Positions 36,701 through 48,644 of a stretch of DNA of 64,000 nt are shown in pieces. Position 1 is the first letter of the stretch; every line of letters begins with the position of its first letter. The notes under the pieces were generated by a model. That model had not been told where the DNA came from and ran no database searches. It saw only the letters and a list, made by a program, of their open reading frames with translations. A program made the translations under genes and the position numbers. Where the stretch lies: contig JBHGNT010000001.1 of the NCBI GenBank assembly GCA_043228905.1, positions 14,384,001 to 14,448,000 of the forward strand, in the 5' to 3' direction. Source of the stretch: Azolla caroliniana (Eukaryota > Plantae > Polypodiophyta).

Positions 36701-39147
36701 CGGCCGAAGACGGTGAAGAAACAGAACCGGCCGAGGAAGATGAAACTGATACCGGAACCGGCCCCGATCCCGAAATGGATTCGGATGAAGAGGAAACGGA
36801 AGAACCGGTTACCGAAGCTCCGGAACGGAGATATCCTCTAAGAGAGAGAAGGGCCCCCCGGAGATTTCCGGAACCAGAGCACGTGCTGCTAACCGACGAG
36901 GGGGAGCCGGAGAGCTTTGAAGAAGCAAAGCATGACACCCATAGCCGCAGGTGGTTAAGTGCCATGCAGGAGGAGATGGATTCCCTGCATGAGAACCACA
37001 CATATGAACTTGTGGAGTTGCCGAAAGGAAAGCGGGCACTCCGTAACAAGTGGGTGTTCAAGCTGAAACCGGGAGATGCCGGAAACCCCCCGAGATACAA
37101 AGCCAGGATCGTGGTGAAGGGGTTCCAGCAGAAGAAGGGCGTCGACTTCGACGAGATATTTGCCCCGGTAGTGAAGATGACCTCTATCCGAACGGTGCTG
37201 AGCATAGCGGCAAGCATGGACCTCGAGGTAGAACAGATGGACGTGAAGACGGCATTCCTTCACGGTGACCTCGAAGAAGAGATCTACATGCAGCAACCGG
37301 AAGGATTCGAGAAGAAAGGGAAGGAGCACCTGGTATGCCGGTTGAAGAAGAGCCTTTACGGACTGAAGCAGGCTCCCCGGCAGTGGTACCGGAAGTTCGA
37401 CTCCTTCATGACCGACGAAGGGTGCCACAAAACGCAGTCCGATCACTGCGTGTTTGTGAAGAAGTTCGAAGGAGGAGACTTTCTAATACTCCTCCTGTAC
37501 GTGGACGACATGTTGATCGTCGGACGAGACCAGGTCAAGATACGGATGCTGAAGAAGGCTCTTCACCGAACCTTCTCAATGAAGGACCTGGGTCCGGCGA
37601 GGCAAATACTAGGGATGCACATCATCCGGGACCGGAAGAAGAAGCAGTTGTGGCTGTCACAGGAGAAGTACGTGACAAAGGTGCTTCACCGGTTCAACAT
37701 GTCGGAAGCAAGACCGGTCGGATCAACCCTCCCGGGAAACTGCAAGTTGTCCAGCAAGCAAAGCCCCAAGACAAAGGCTGAGAAGGAGGACATGACGAAA
37801 GTACCATATGCCTCTGCCGTCGGAAGCTTGATGTACGCAATGGTGTGTACAAGACCGGACATAGGATATGCAGTTGGAGTGGTGAGCCGGTACATGAGCA
37901 ATCCCGGCAAAGAGCACTGGAACGCGGTCAAGTGGATACTCCGATACCTGAAGGGCACGGCAAACGTGTGCCTCCGATTCGGCTCCGGCAATCCCGAACT
38001 CGACGGCTTCACCGATTCGGATATGTCGGCTGATGCAGATACCAGCCGGTCCACATCAGGGTATGTGATGACGTATGCAGGGGGAGCTGTTTCATGGCAG
38101 TCGAGGCTGCAGAAGACGGTTGCGTTGTCAACCACGGAGGCGGAGTACATGGCGGCTGTGGAAGCCGGCAAGGAAATAATATGGATGAAGGACTTCATTA
38201 GAGAACTCGGTATCCGGCAAGAGGAGTACCGACTCTACTGCGACAGTCAGAGTGCCATCCACCTTGCGAAGAACGCGGCCTATCACTCCCGGACGAAGCA
38301 CATCCAGCGAAGATATCACTGGATCCGGGAAAGGATAGAAGACCAGGAGTTCGTGCTGACGAAGATCCACACGGACGAGAACGGCTCAGATATGTTGACC
38401 AAAGTGCTCACACCCGACAAGCTGGAAGCATGCCGGAAGAGGATCGGGTTGGAGAGACATCCCATGCCGAAGTGAAGGGGGAGTTTGTTGGGATTTCGGT
38501 CCCTCCGGATGGGATGTCCGGAGATGAATGACGGCAAGCCCGGAGGCTGTTACGGAACCGGAGACGGTGAAGAGTACCCGGCATGGAGCCGGATGAAGAG
38601 TACCCGGATACGGAACCGGATGATGAAGAGTACCCGGCATGGAGCCGGATGAAGAGTACCCGGCATGGAGCCGGATGAAGAGTACCCGGATTCGGAACCG
38701 GATGCGGGGACATATTTGTGAATATGTTTGCCAAGAGCCCTTGAGGCTATATTTGTAAATATCCCGAAAGTCATATGTGTATAAATATGACTTAGGGCAA
38801 ACAGTTTTATGTTGTTGCTCATTTTATGTTTTCAGCAGATAGAGCGAAGTGAGAGCAGCCGAGAGAGAGAGAGAGAGAGAGACGAAGAGGTCGTTGCCTC
38901 TGTGTATTACCGCCGCCTGTGGCGAAGACAGTGAGCTCAAGGTTGTTGCCTTGTAGCTCCACCATTGTACATCTCTGTGTATAGTAATAGTTGGAGTTTG
39001 AGGACTCCCGTGGTTTTTCCCATTTAGGGTTTTCCACGTAAAACACCCTGTGTACTCTTCTCTCTATTGTCTACGTGCATTGTGTATTTCCTGGTTTCTG
39101 TGAGTTGATCCTATTCCTCGGTTGTGGCCGAGCACGGAATTTCAACA
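33735..39147 (+). mobile_element. Intact, very young Tork-like copia element E
   Basis: LTRs 33735-34370 and 38486-39147, apparently identical except one 26-bp repeat unit; TSD GGATA; PBS 34374-34385; PPT 38469-38483. Confidence 0.97.
34402..38475 (+). CDS. copia Gag-Pol polyprotein, 1357 aa, uninterrupted
   Basis: NYADWKIKMEDLL, CCHC knuckle, WVVDSGAS, HTDVC integrase, YVDDML, RTKHIQRRYH. Confidence 0.96.
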   Translation: MEGGGSGPPGMMVLNAQNYADWKIKMEDLLIVRDLYEPIDRSEIPKGVLESEWKLLNRKAVATIRQYVDVSVLQHVANDTNAYEMWKKLSGLYERKNALNRTSLMRKIVNLKYRDGESMVEHVSTFMGFVNQLAAIKFPLEDAMQAIILMCTLPDSWENLVVTLSTSCTEDNLSLQTVKTSILNEEARRRDKEPASDSKALLTESERGRQWNRSPQRREKSGTRSQSRGRPTCFHCGKPGHFRKNCRHYRKDNGADDTDSKKSPDRNGAYRGATDRRGPDRRGQDRKGTTALAASEEEIMLITEEGELNVAGDETTWVVDSGASFHLTPERRYFSSYTAGEHGCVRMGNEGTCRIAGIGDVWLTTSTGCKMLLKDVRHVPEVRLNLISAGRLDDEGYTGSIRNGVMKFSKGSLIVARARKVNTLYLMNSRLCPEELNVVADTAGELWHKRLCHMSEKGMKRLAEDNLIPVKHVHLEKCTDCLAGKQNRTSFHSRPPTRRSAPLELVHTDVCQVETKSHGGAQYFVTFIDDHSRKLWTAPLKTKDQVLCVFKELHARVERESGKKLKAIRADNGGEYRGQFQEYCRSKGIRLEFTVPKTPELNGLAERMNRTIMERVRSMLAHAKLPKGFWAEAMSTATYVINRSPSIPLDGDTPQKVWTGKEVSYRHLKVFGCLAYVHVAKDRRGKLDPKTRPCIFLGYGDDEFGYRVWDPVDKKIFRSRDIIFMENRTLADWESEKKMKSSKSTGEDKLYEEQSRPARDRLALEDPAEDGEETEPAEEDETDTGTGPDPEMDSDEEETEEPVTEAPERRYPLRERRAPRRFPEPEHVLLTDEGEPESFEEAKHDTHSRRWLSAMQEEMDSLHENHTYELVELPKGKRALRNKWVFKLKPGDAGNPPRYKARIVVKGFQQKKGVDFDEIFAPVVKMTSIRTVLSIAASMDLEVEQMDVKTAFLHGDLEEEIYMQQPEGFEKKGKEHLVCRLKKSLYGLKQAPRQWYRKFDSFMTDEGCHKTQSDHCVFVKKFEGGDFLILLLYVDDMLIVGRDQVKIRMLKKALHRTFSMKDLGPARQILGMHIIRDRKKKQLWLSQEKYVTKVLHRFNMSEARPVGSTLPGNCKLSSKQSPKTKAEKEDMTKVPYASAVGSLMYAMVCTRPDIGYAVGVVSRYMSNPGKEHWNAVKWILRYLKGTANVCLRFGSGNPELDGFTDSDMSADADTSRSTSGYVMTYAGGAVSWQSRLQKTVALSTTEAEYMAAVEAGKEIIWMKDFIRELGIRQEEYRLYCDSQSAIHLAKNAAYHSRTKHIQRRYHWIRERIEDQEFVLTKIHTDENGSDMLTKVLTPDKLEACRKRIGLERHPMPK

Positions 39148-42100
39148 GGATAGAGGAATGGCTAGCTCGCTCCCGGTGGAGAAGCTCGACAAATCCAACT
39201 ACGCATCTTGGTCGTACAAGATGCACTAGTACCTGCTTGGGCACGGTTACTAGAGTTATGTCGACGGAGCTAACGACACAACACCTGATGCGACACACAA
39301 GGACTTTCCAACATGGGAACAAGCAAGCAGAGTGATGTATTGCTTTGCATCCAGTGTCAAAGACCAGCTATTGAGCCATATCCAAGACTCCAAGACGCCC
39401 AAAGAAGCTTGGGGAAACCTGAAAAAGGTCTTCGCCGCAAGCACTACAGCTAGGAAGCAATGTACGACAACGAGATATGTCGGTGGCTGACTACACCACC
39501 AAGATCAAAGAAATTTGCGACTCACTCGCCTCTGTCAACGTGAACGTCGAGGAGGACGAGATGGTGCAGGTTTGTCTTGGCAGGTTAACGTCTAAGTTCG
39601 GAGCATTCCGAATGGCAATCTGCATGAGGGAGAATACGCCTTCGTTTTTTGAGCTTCAGTCAATGTTGCTCATAGAAGAAAACCACGTAGGTGCGTCAAT
39701 GAGTGCGCACACCGATGGCAAGATGCTTTCCACGGAGGATGATAGACCCCATGGTCGTGGTGGACGGGGCGGATCGGCGCGCAATGGAGGTGGCCGACAA
39801 GAGTGAAACAAACGGCATAATCGAGATGTCGGAAGCAATTATGCACCCTCCGCAAGCAGGGGGAGTCATGGCGGCGCCGGAAGCCGGCAAGAGAAAGCCG
39901 CATCGGAATGCTAGTACTGTGGCAAGAGAGGCCACAAGGAGAGTGAGTGCTGGAAAAAGTTCAGACAAAGCTGAATCAAGCGGAAGGGATGCGGAGATGC
40001 GTCAGAAGTCCCACTATGCAGAAGGCTCCGAACGAGCCGGGAATGGAGCAGGCCCTGCCTTCGTAATGAAGCATAAGGCCAACTCAATGGCCGTGAACAC
40101 CTTGAAATCAAGCGAGGTGTGGTATGTCAATTCCGGAGCGTCAAATCATATGACAAGTCACGAGGAATGGTTCTCGTACTTGGAGAAGCCGGAAAAGAAA
40201 GGAGTGGTCGAAACGGGAGACGACACTCCTCATACCATCGAACATGTCGGCGAAGTTCCCCTTAGCCACGTCGGGCAGAAAGGGAAGCTAATGAACATGT
40301 TGCACCTCCCGACAATAACCAAGAACCTGGTGTCAGTCGGTCAGATCATCGACCAAGGTATGCAAGTTCGATTCACGCACCTCGGCTGCTTCATAGAAGA
40401 GGAAGGCAAAGTGATCACGCAAGGGCGCCGTGAAGGGAGGATGTTTATCCCCGACACTAATGAAGCCGGAACCACGTTGTACGCGAAAGGACAAAGGGTC
40501 GAATCGGATATCGACCTGTGGCACAAGCGATTCGGCCATGTAAACTTCCCACGGCTTCGTGAGATGCAAACAAAGAACATTGTTTTCGGCTTGCCGAAAT
40601 TTAGGGGTCGTAATGGCCAAGTCTGTGAAGCCTGTCAGATGGGAAAACAACACCAACTTCAATTCCCCAATGAGTGTAATCGTAGTCGAAGTCTGCTAGA
40701 CTTGATCCATTCAGATGTGTGGGGACCAACACAGAACATGAGTCTCAGTGGAAGCTGTTAATTTGTAACCTTCATCAACGACTTCACTCGGCACACGTGG
40801 GTATGCACGATCGCAAAGAAGAGCAAAGTCTTCGCATGTTTCCTAAAGGTGAAGAGCCTTGTGGAAAGGGAAACGGGGCGTAAGATCAAATGCCTACGGT
40901 CTGATGGCAGGAAGGAGTACTTCTCCAACCAGTTCCCATGTTATCTACGGAAGGAGGGAATTCGATGTGAATTCTCATGTAGATATACGCCGAAGCAGAA
41001 CGGCGTAGCCGAGCGAAAGAATCTGACGATTGAAGAAACGGCCAGGGCAATGCTTGAAGAGAAGCATATGCCAAAATTCTATTGGGTTGAAGCCGTGAAG
41101 ACAGTTGTCTACTTGCATAATCGAACTTCTGCTAATGGAGAAGTGTCGCCACATGAATTGTATTTCGGGAAGAAGCCGAACTTGGCACACTTGAGGATTT
41201 TTGGTAGCATTGCTTATGTGCATGTGCCGAAGGAAAAGAAGAGGAAGTTGGATGCCAAAGCTGAAAAGTGCATCTTAGTCGACGATCTAGACGAGCAGAA
41301 GGGGTATAAATGTTATAACCCCCGAACGAAGGAAGTACGCGTAAGCCGCGATGTCGTATTTGACGAGTCCGCTTCGTGGTACTTGCCTTCCCCTCTAGAA
41401 CCTCATGACTCCATTCTGATTTCTGAAGATGAAGTCAACGAGGTTGAGATGCCTCCGCATGATGAGGACATCAGAGCTCTGAGAGAGAGTTCGATCTCAT
41501 TCCGACTGAGTGGGTGTAATGATGGGTTGGGCCGAGATGGCCAACCAGATGATGAGATGGCGAGCAATGGAGACTCAGTCGTGATGTCCCCGCGTAAAGA
41601 ACCGAGGAGACGGTTTACGTGTAAAGAGAAGGGCAAGAAGAAAATGCCGGAATATGACTTCAGTAGTGCCGAGTCAGATCGGAGCAAGTTTGACTGCGGG
41701 CAAACTAGAAAGGAACCTCCACGCAAGAGGTTGACAGTAGCCGAAAAGGTCGCGAAATCGGGTAATCACGAATTACGCCGATCTACCCGCCTGAAGAACC
41801 CCGTAAAGAGATACGGGTATAATGAGTACATGGCGCACCATTACACGTACATGACATGAGTGACGGAAGTGTGTGAGTTGGAGAGCTACGCAGAAGCTGC
41901 GAGAGACACAAATTGGTGTGCCGCGATGGAGGAAGAGATGCGCACCTTAACGCAGAACGAGACATAGGACCTAGTTGAGGCACCGAAGGGTGTGAAGCCG
42001 ATCGACTGCCGGTGGGTGTATAAAGTGAAACACAACACAGACGGTTCCGTCAACCGCTACAAGGCTATGCGTAGCAACACGGCATCGATTACGATGAGAC

Positions 42101-45100
42101 CTTTGTGCCTGTCGCGAAGATGACCACCGTCTGTGTTCTGCTAGTCGTAGCAGTGGCAAAGGGGTGGCACTTACATCAGATGGATGTGAAGAATGCGTTC
42201 TTGCAAGGTGATCTTGAGGAACAGGTGTATATGGTACAACCCCCCGGATTTCTATCTGAACAAAACACTTCGGCAGTTTGCCGATTGAAGAAGTCACTCT
42301 ACAAACTTAAGCAAGCCCCGCGAGCCTGGAACGCGAAGATTACGCAACAGTTGCGTAGGATGGGCTTTACAACGTCGAAATCAGACTCTTCGCTATTTGT
42401 TCAGCAAGGTCAACACGGACCGGTTAGTCTTCTATTGTATGTTGATGATTTAGTCATCGCCGGTGCCGATCTAGAAGAAATCCGCCGCGTAAAGTCTCAG
42501 CTTGCGGCATCATTCGAAATGAAGAATCTTGGTGACCTTCATTACTTCCTCAGGATCGAAGTGATCCATACCCCCGAAGGCATATTGATCAGCCAGCGTC
42601 ATTATGCGCTAATATGCTCTTCAAGTTCGGGATGGTAAACTATAAGCCCATCTCGACCCCTCTCAATAGAAACGCAAAGCTTCGCCGAGATTCGGGAAAG
42701 GCAAGCGACCCAACACGGTTTCGACAGATTGTCGGAAGCCTCATCTATTTGACTATTACTCGGTCGAACCTCAATTACCCGGTTGCCATGATTAGTCAAT
42801 TCATGTCGCAGCCTACGGCCGAACACTTTCAGAGCACGCAAAGGAAACTCCGATATGTCAGCGGCATGAAAGACATGGCGTTGCTATATCGAGCAGGCGT
42901 AGCCGAATAGTTAAGTCGGCTACACGGATGCCGATTGGGCCGGAAACGCTAATGATCGTAGATCCACATCCGGATACGCCTTCTCGTTAGGAAGTGCGGC
43001 GATCGCGTGGAGCAGCAAAAAGTAGCCGATAGTGGCACTGTCGAGCACGGAGGCCGAATATCAAGGGGAGATTGTCGTTGCGTGCGAAGTCATTTGGCTG
43101 AAACGACTATTACGGGATCTGTAGGTAGAGGTGTCTGATCCGACGATGATCTATTGCAACAACCCCAGCAGTAAACACCTTGCGAAGAACCCCATTTTCC
43201 ATGCCCGGACCAAGCACATTAAGGTGCATTACCATTTTGTCTGACGGATCGACAGATTGCCGGGTCGTTTCCTTTCGATTGATGTCCGCTTTGGTTGGTA
43301 TCCGGTTCAAACAATCTTTGGTGTCCACTTCGGCTCGTACCGGGTTCGGATGGTATCCGGTTCTCGCTTGTGCTCCCCCTCAAGCTTCGGCAATTCAGGG
43401 ATCGTCAATCCAAGGTCTGACATGAATTGCCGAAGCTTGTCGGCTCCTAGGGCCTTGGTGAAGATGTCGGTTGTCTGAAGATTCGTGTTGATGTGTAGAA
43501 GATCAACATCTCCAGCTTGAACACGCGCTCGAATGAAGTGGTAGTGCACTTAGATATGCTTTGTGCATGTGTGGAACACTGGGTTCCGAGCCAGATATAT
43601 ACTGCTTATGTTGTCGCAGTAAATGGGAGTTGGATCCTTGATGGTAACGCCCAGATCCTTCAAAATCCTCTTGAGCCATACGGCTTCACATGTAGCTACT
43701 GTTGCGCCCCTGTATTCGGCGTCTGTACTCGAAAGTGCGACGGTAGGCTACTTCTTACTCTTCCAAGATATTGCTCCGCTACCGAGCGAGAAGACAAATC
43801 CAGAGGTCGATTGTCGATCAGCTTTGTAGCCTGCACAGTCCGCATTTGAGTACCCTTCGAGTCATATTGGTGTGGCCGATGCATAGAGAATGTCGTAATC
43901 CATTGTGCCGCTCACGTATCATAATACTCGCTTAGCGCAATCGAAATGGATATCTTGTGTGAGTCGATCTTCGGCTTCTATCTCTATTTCGGCGGATTCC
44001 GGGTCCAGCGGAATCAGAGTCGAAGTTGTCTCTAGTGCGTACCAAGATGCGGACTCGTCGAAAACGACGTCTCAACTTACTCAAGATTTTCGAGTTGAGC
44101 GGTTATAGCACTTGTACCCCTTTTGCTCTAGTGAGTATCCTATGAGGATACATTTCTCCAACTTCGGGTCGAGCTTTTGTCGCTTTTTGTCGGGGATGTG
44201 CACATATGCAATGGAACCGAATATCCAAACATGTGATAGATACGGCTTCTTTCCGAAAAACTTGTTGTGCGGCATGAGTTCCTACACGCCAGATGTCGTA
44301 CACCGATTCATGAGATAGACGACCGTGTTAGCTGCTTCCGCCTAATACGATTTTGGCATGTGCTTTTCGTTAAGCATCAGTCGTGCCACTTCAAGGATGT
44401 GCTAATTCTTGCGTTTGGCTACTCCGTTCTATTGTGGCGTATGTCGACACGAAAATTCTTATTGAATCCCTTCTTTTCGAAGATACGTCGTAAACTCATC
44501 CGAGAAATATTCTTTGCCTCCATCCGATCGAAGGCATCGTACATGTCAACTCGTAGCTTTTTCGACTCCACTCTTGAATTTTTGGAAGTGTCCGAACACT
44601 TCGTTGTTTTGCCCATCAGGTAGATCCAATTGTGCCTAGAGAAGTCGTCGATAAAGGTCACGTAGTATCGGCATCCACCAAATGTCGCCGTTTGAGCCAG
44701 TCCCCATACATCGGAATGAATTACGTCGAGTACGCCTTTGCTTACATTCCTCTCCTTCAAAAATGGATGCCGATGTTTCTTGCTGAATTGGCAAGCCGCA
44801 CATATACCTTCAATCTCTCTCTCTTTGAAGGTCGAGAGTCCGATGACAACTCCTTTCGATTGGATCGCCTTGAGCTTTCGAAGGTTGATATGGCCAATCT
44901 GCTTGTGCCATAACTCTATGTCGGACTCAGCTTTTGTGCCTTTTGCGAACATGGCCGATTTCATCTCGTGCGAGTCGAGAATGAATATTCGGCCCTCTCT
45001 TCGCCCGTCCGCGATGAGTCGGCCCACTTTTTCGATGAAGCAACCACCTTGATTAAATTGTACTTGCATCCCTTGCTCAACAAATTGGCCGACGGAGACC

Positions 45101-45698
45101 AAATTCTTCGTAATGGTTGGTACATGCAAGACATTTTTAATGTAGGTTTGCTTACCTTCTTTTCCGAATGGAACATTGCCGATGTACCGAATCGAGTGCG
45201 TAGTGTCGTCTCCGGCTTTGACATAGCCGGGTTGGTCCGGCTCTCGAAGTTCTCAGAACCATTCTTGATGCGACGTCATATGGTTCGAGGCACCGGGATC
45301 AATAAACCATTAGTCTTCTGAACCGGAGGCACTAGTAGAAGTAAAGGCCGACATAGAATTCGCTCTATGTCTCATTACGAATAATCCACCATAGTCGTCA
45401 TACTCGGAATCGGCGGCGTAATTGGTGAGTTATCGACTAGTGGAAGCTGACTCGCACATCTTCTTTCGGCACTCTTCTTCATGGTGGTCGACTTTGCCGC
45501 AATATCTACATTCGATTGAGGTTTGTCGGCTCGAACCAGAATGGTGGCTCCCCCTTCTTCCGAAGGTTCCTCGATGGCCTCCATCTTGTTGTCATAAGGG
45601 AGAGTTGATTTTGTAAACCGGGCCTTATTCGCCTTGTCCTTGGCCTCGTCCTCTTCCTCCATCCGAATGCGCGTAGAGCATTTGGCCTTCCGAGACGT

Positions 45699-46774
45699 TG
45701 TCGTGAAGATCTGTCACTACGCGCGGATCGTGAGGCGGAACCGCCGGGGTTCTGGACCGGAAGGATTCAAAGTCGGTACAAGCTTTGGCGAGAAAGTACT
45801 TAAGATAGATTGGGAAAGAGAGAAGTTGAGATTAAACGATTGAGAGAAATTGATTGAACTTTTATCTTTGGATTTAATAAACAAGTTACACCATCAATTT
45901 GATAACGAATTTCTTCTTCCTAATTTCATAAAAAAAAAACGTGTTATTTCTCCTCCCCCTTCCTTCTTTTATAGATGCTCTCATGCATATAATGCATGTG
46001 AGGGTACAAGACATGCATAAATTGCATGTTTGCCATTTGGCGCTTATGTATTACATGTGGTGCATGATAACCATATCACTCATTTTAGCTCTCATGTATG
46101 AGAATTTACATGTAAAAGTACAATGATAGAAATATAATTTCAACTAAATAGCATGGCTTAATGGTAAGCCAATTGATTCTTAACTTGGAGGTGCAAGGTT
46201 TGAATCCTTCCTTGCCCTCCTTGTATATGTATATATGTATATATATTTATATATTTATTTATCTAGTCGCCGGACGCCGGTTCGTCGGATGCCGTCACCG
46301 GATACCGGTGCCGCCGCCGGATTGCCATCGGATGCCGGTGTCTCACTGGCGCCGGATGCCGTCGGATCATTGGCTCCATCGCCGGTCCGGTTTTGGTTGG
46401 CCAAAACCCTTTACGAGTAGCTAGCCCACTTCCACTCTTAGTTCAAGTTACCTTGAACTCTCTATGCTCCACACATAGACACAAAGATAATATCTTTTGC
46501 TCCACCTTATATATGATGAGAGCCGTATTTGTCGTGCCTATGTGGGATATCTCACAATTTTCTCTTTTCCTTTCACAAACTTTATACCCTCATATCTTGA
46601 CATTTAGTTGTCTATTTCTCGTGTAATAAAGTGCATTCGAAACCTCCATCATTTTGTACTTAGATATTAAATTTATTTAAAATGTTATCTTCACAATTAT
46701 TGTATTATGTGATTTATACTCGATTTTGTACGTTTTATGGGATTTTCACACTATTGCCGAAAATCTTCACGACA
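45699..46774 (-). mobile_element. Solo LTR (1076 bp) of gypsy family J with 4-bp TSD ACGT
   Basis: 12-bp inverted termini TGTCGTGAAGAT/ATCTTCACGACA; removing it and one ACGT restores copia gag RSNVSEGQM; both ends resemble those of LTR 47197-54297. Confidence 0.82.
46147..46217 (+). other. Degenerate tRNA-like sequence inside the solo LTR
   Basis: TGGCTTAATGG (A box) and GGTTTGAATCC (B box) at tRNA-like spacing. Confidence 0.45.
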
Positions 46775-47315
46775 ACGTTGCTCCTCATTCAAACATGGTT
46801 TTCTTTGACCAAAAACATGGATTGAAGATCAAAGAAGGAGGGCGGATTCTCCCGTGCTAATACGACAGTCATCATCGCGCCGAACCGTGGTGCAAGGCCG
46901 CTGAGGCAAATTTGCACCATCTCATCATCGTTCACATTGATGCATATCGAGACGAGCGAGTCGCAAAGCTCCTTGATCTTCAAGGTGTAGCTTGTGATGG
47001 ACATATCCCTTTGTTGGATGTTGTTCAACTCTTTGCGGAGTTGAAGCTTTCTCGTGGTTGTGTTGGCGGTGAAAATCTTTCGTAGATTCTCCCACGCTTC
47101 CTTTGGCGTCTCGGCTTCTCGAATGTACCCATGCATGTGGTCGTGAACACATGTCGCCAAACAATACATCACTCGGCTTGCCACTTGCTCCCACGTTGTC
47201 GTGAAAATCCATCACTATGTGCGGATTGTGAGGCGGAACTGTCGGGGTTATGGACATGAAGGAAATAGGGCTCACACACACAACACAAGCAAGGCTTACA
47301 CAAAGAAGGCACAAA

Positions 47316-48092
47316 TATTCAAACGTTTTTGTGAAAGAAGAGGTGCATGGGCAAGCCCGAACGCTCCCTTGCCACAAGTTGCACGAACACACAAGCCAGA
47401 TTTACACTAACATGCAAGACACGAAAGTTTGAATGCCTTTGTGAAAGGAGAGGTGCATGGGCAAGCCTGAAACGCTCCCTTGTCACAAGACACACAAACA
47501 GATAAGCACAAATGGCAATAACATAAAAGACATGTAAGTTTGAATGCCTTTGTGAAAGGAGAGGTGCATGGGCAAGCCCGAAACGCTCCCTTGTCACAAG
47601 ACACACAAACAAATAAGCACAAATGGCAATAACATAAAAGACATGTAAGTTTGAATGCCTTTGTGAAAGGAGAGGTGCATGGGCAAGCCCAAAACGCTCC
47701 CTTGTCACAAGACACACAAACAAATAAGCACAAATGGCAATAACATAAAAGACATGTAAGTTTGAATGCCTTTGTGAAAGGAGAGGTGCATGGGCAAGCC
47801 CGAAACGCTCCCTTGTCACAAGACACACAAACAAATAAGTACAAATGATAATAACATATAAAATACATAAGTTTGAATGCCTTTGTGAAAGGAGAGGTGC
47901 ATGGGCAAGCCTGAAACGCTCTCTTGTCACAAGAAACACAAACAAATAAGCACAAATGACAATAACATATAAGATACGTAAGTTTGAATGCCTTTGTGAA
48001 AGGAGAGGTGTATGGTCAAGCCCGAAACACTCCCTTGTCACAAGACACACAAACAAATAAGCACAAATGACGATAACATATAAGACACGTAG
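47316..48092. repeat. 111-bp tandem repeat, about 7 copies, inside the J LTR
   Basis: GTTTGAATGCC recurs at 47427, 47538, 47649, 47760, 47871 and 47982. Confidence 0.95.
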
Positions 48093-48644
48093 GTGAAACC
48101 AAGCATTAGTTTATTACAATCTAATTGATTCTTTTATAAAATAAGAATCAATTTTACAACGGGTTTGATATGATAATGAGAGATCATTTATAAATGAAGG
48201 GGGAAGAGAGGTGGAGGAAAGAAGAGAGTGGAATATAGAAGAAGGTGATTCTTTATCGATGATGCCTCTCGATGTTGTTGATCCTTCTTCTTTTGCCTTC
48301 CAATTGAGTAGAGCTTCTGCATTCCTTCTCCCTCCCCCCTTCTTCACTAGAATAGGCTCTTATTTATAGGTTTAGGATTGCTTGGCTTTTTCCCCTAAAA
48401 AAAAGCTTGTCTATATGAGTCAACTTTTCTTTTCCTCACTATTTCTGTTTTCTAGCCCCAAATTTCACATGCAAGATATTCTTGGAAATCTCTTTGGGTT
48501 AGCTTTCTTATGCATCTTTTCTTTTCTAATTTGGAAATCTGATGAGGAAATTATGAGCTTTTTTCTCTACTGTGCTCCTCATATCCACGCGTGCTTTTTT
48601 TTCCTCTACTTTTGTCTACTTTTGAAAACCACCTCTAACTTAAC

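Larger units (their letters stand above)
33217..43250 (+). mobile_element. Degenerate copia element D (C family), 3'-truncated, host of element E
   Basis: LTR 33217-33614, PBS TGGTATTAGAGC 33615-33626, gag start MDRGMA split by E, pol remnants 39153-43250. Confidence 0.88.
43251..47196 (-). mobile_element. Degenerate copia element G (A family), most of RT deleted near 43955, gag hit by two ACGT-site LTR insertions
   Basis: gag 47196-46779 and from 45698 down, integrase VIHSDVWG, RNase H HYHFIRARVQAGD. Confidence 0.85.

Noticed and set aside
45699-46774. Ginger-like or MITE DNA transposon (12-bp inverted ends, 4-bp TSD)
   Set aside because: Both ends match an LTR that adjoins a PPT and an RNase H-integrase region, so a solo LTR is the better explanation
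47319-48056. 245-aa and 182-aa repetitive ORFs, or a CRISPR-like array
   Set aside because: By-products of a 111-bp (37-codon) tandem repeat; there are no unique spacers
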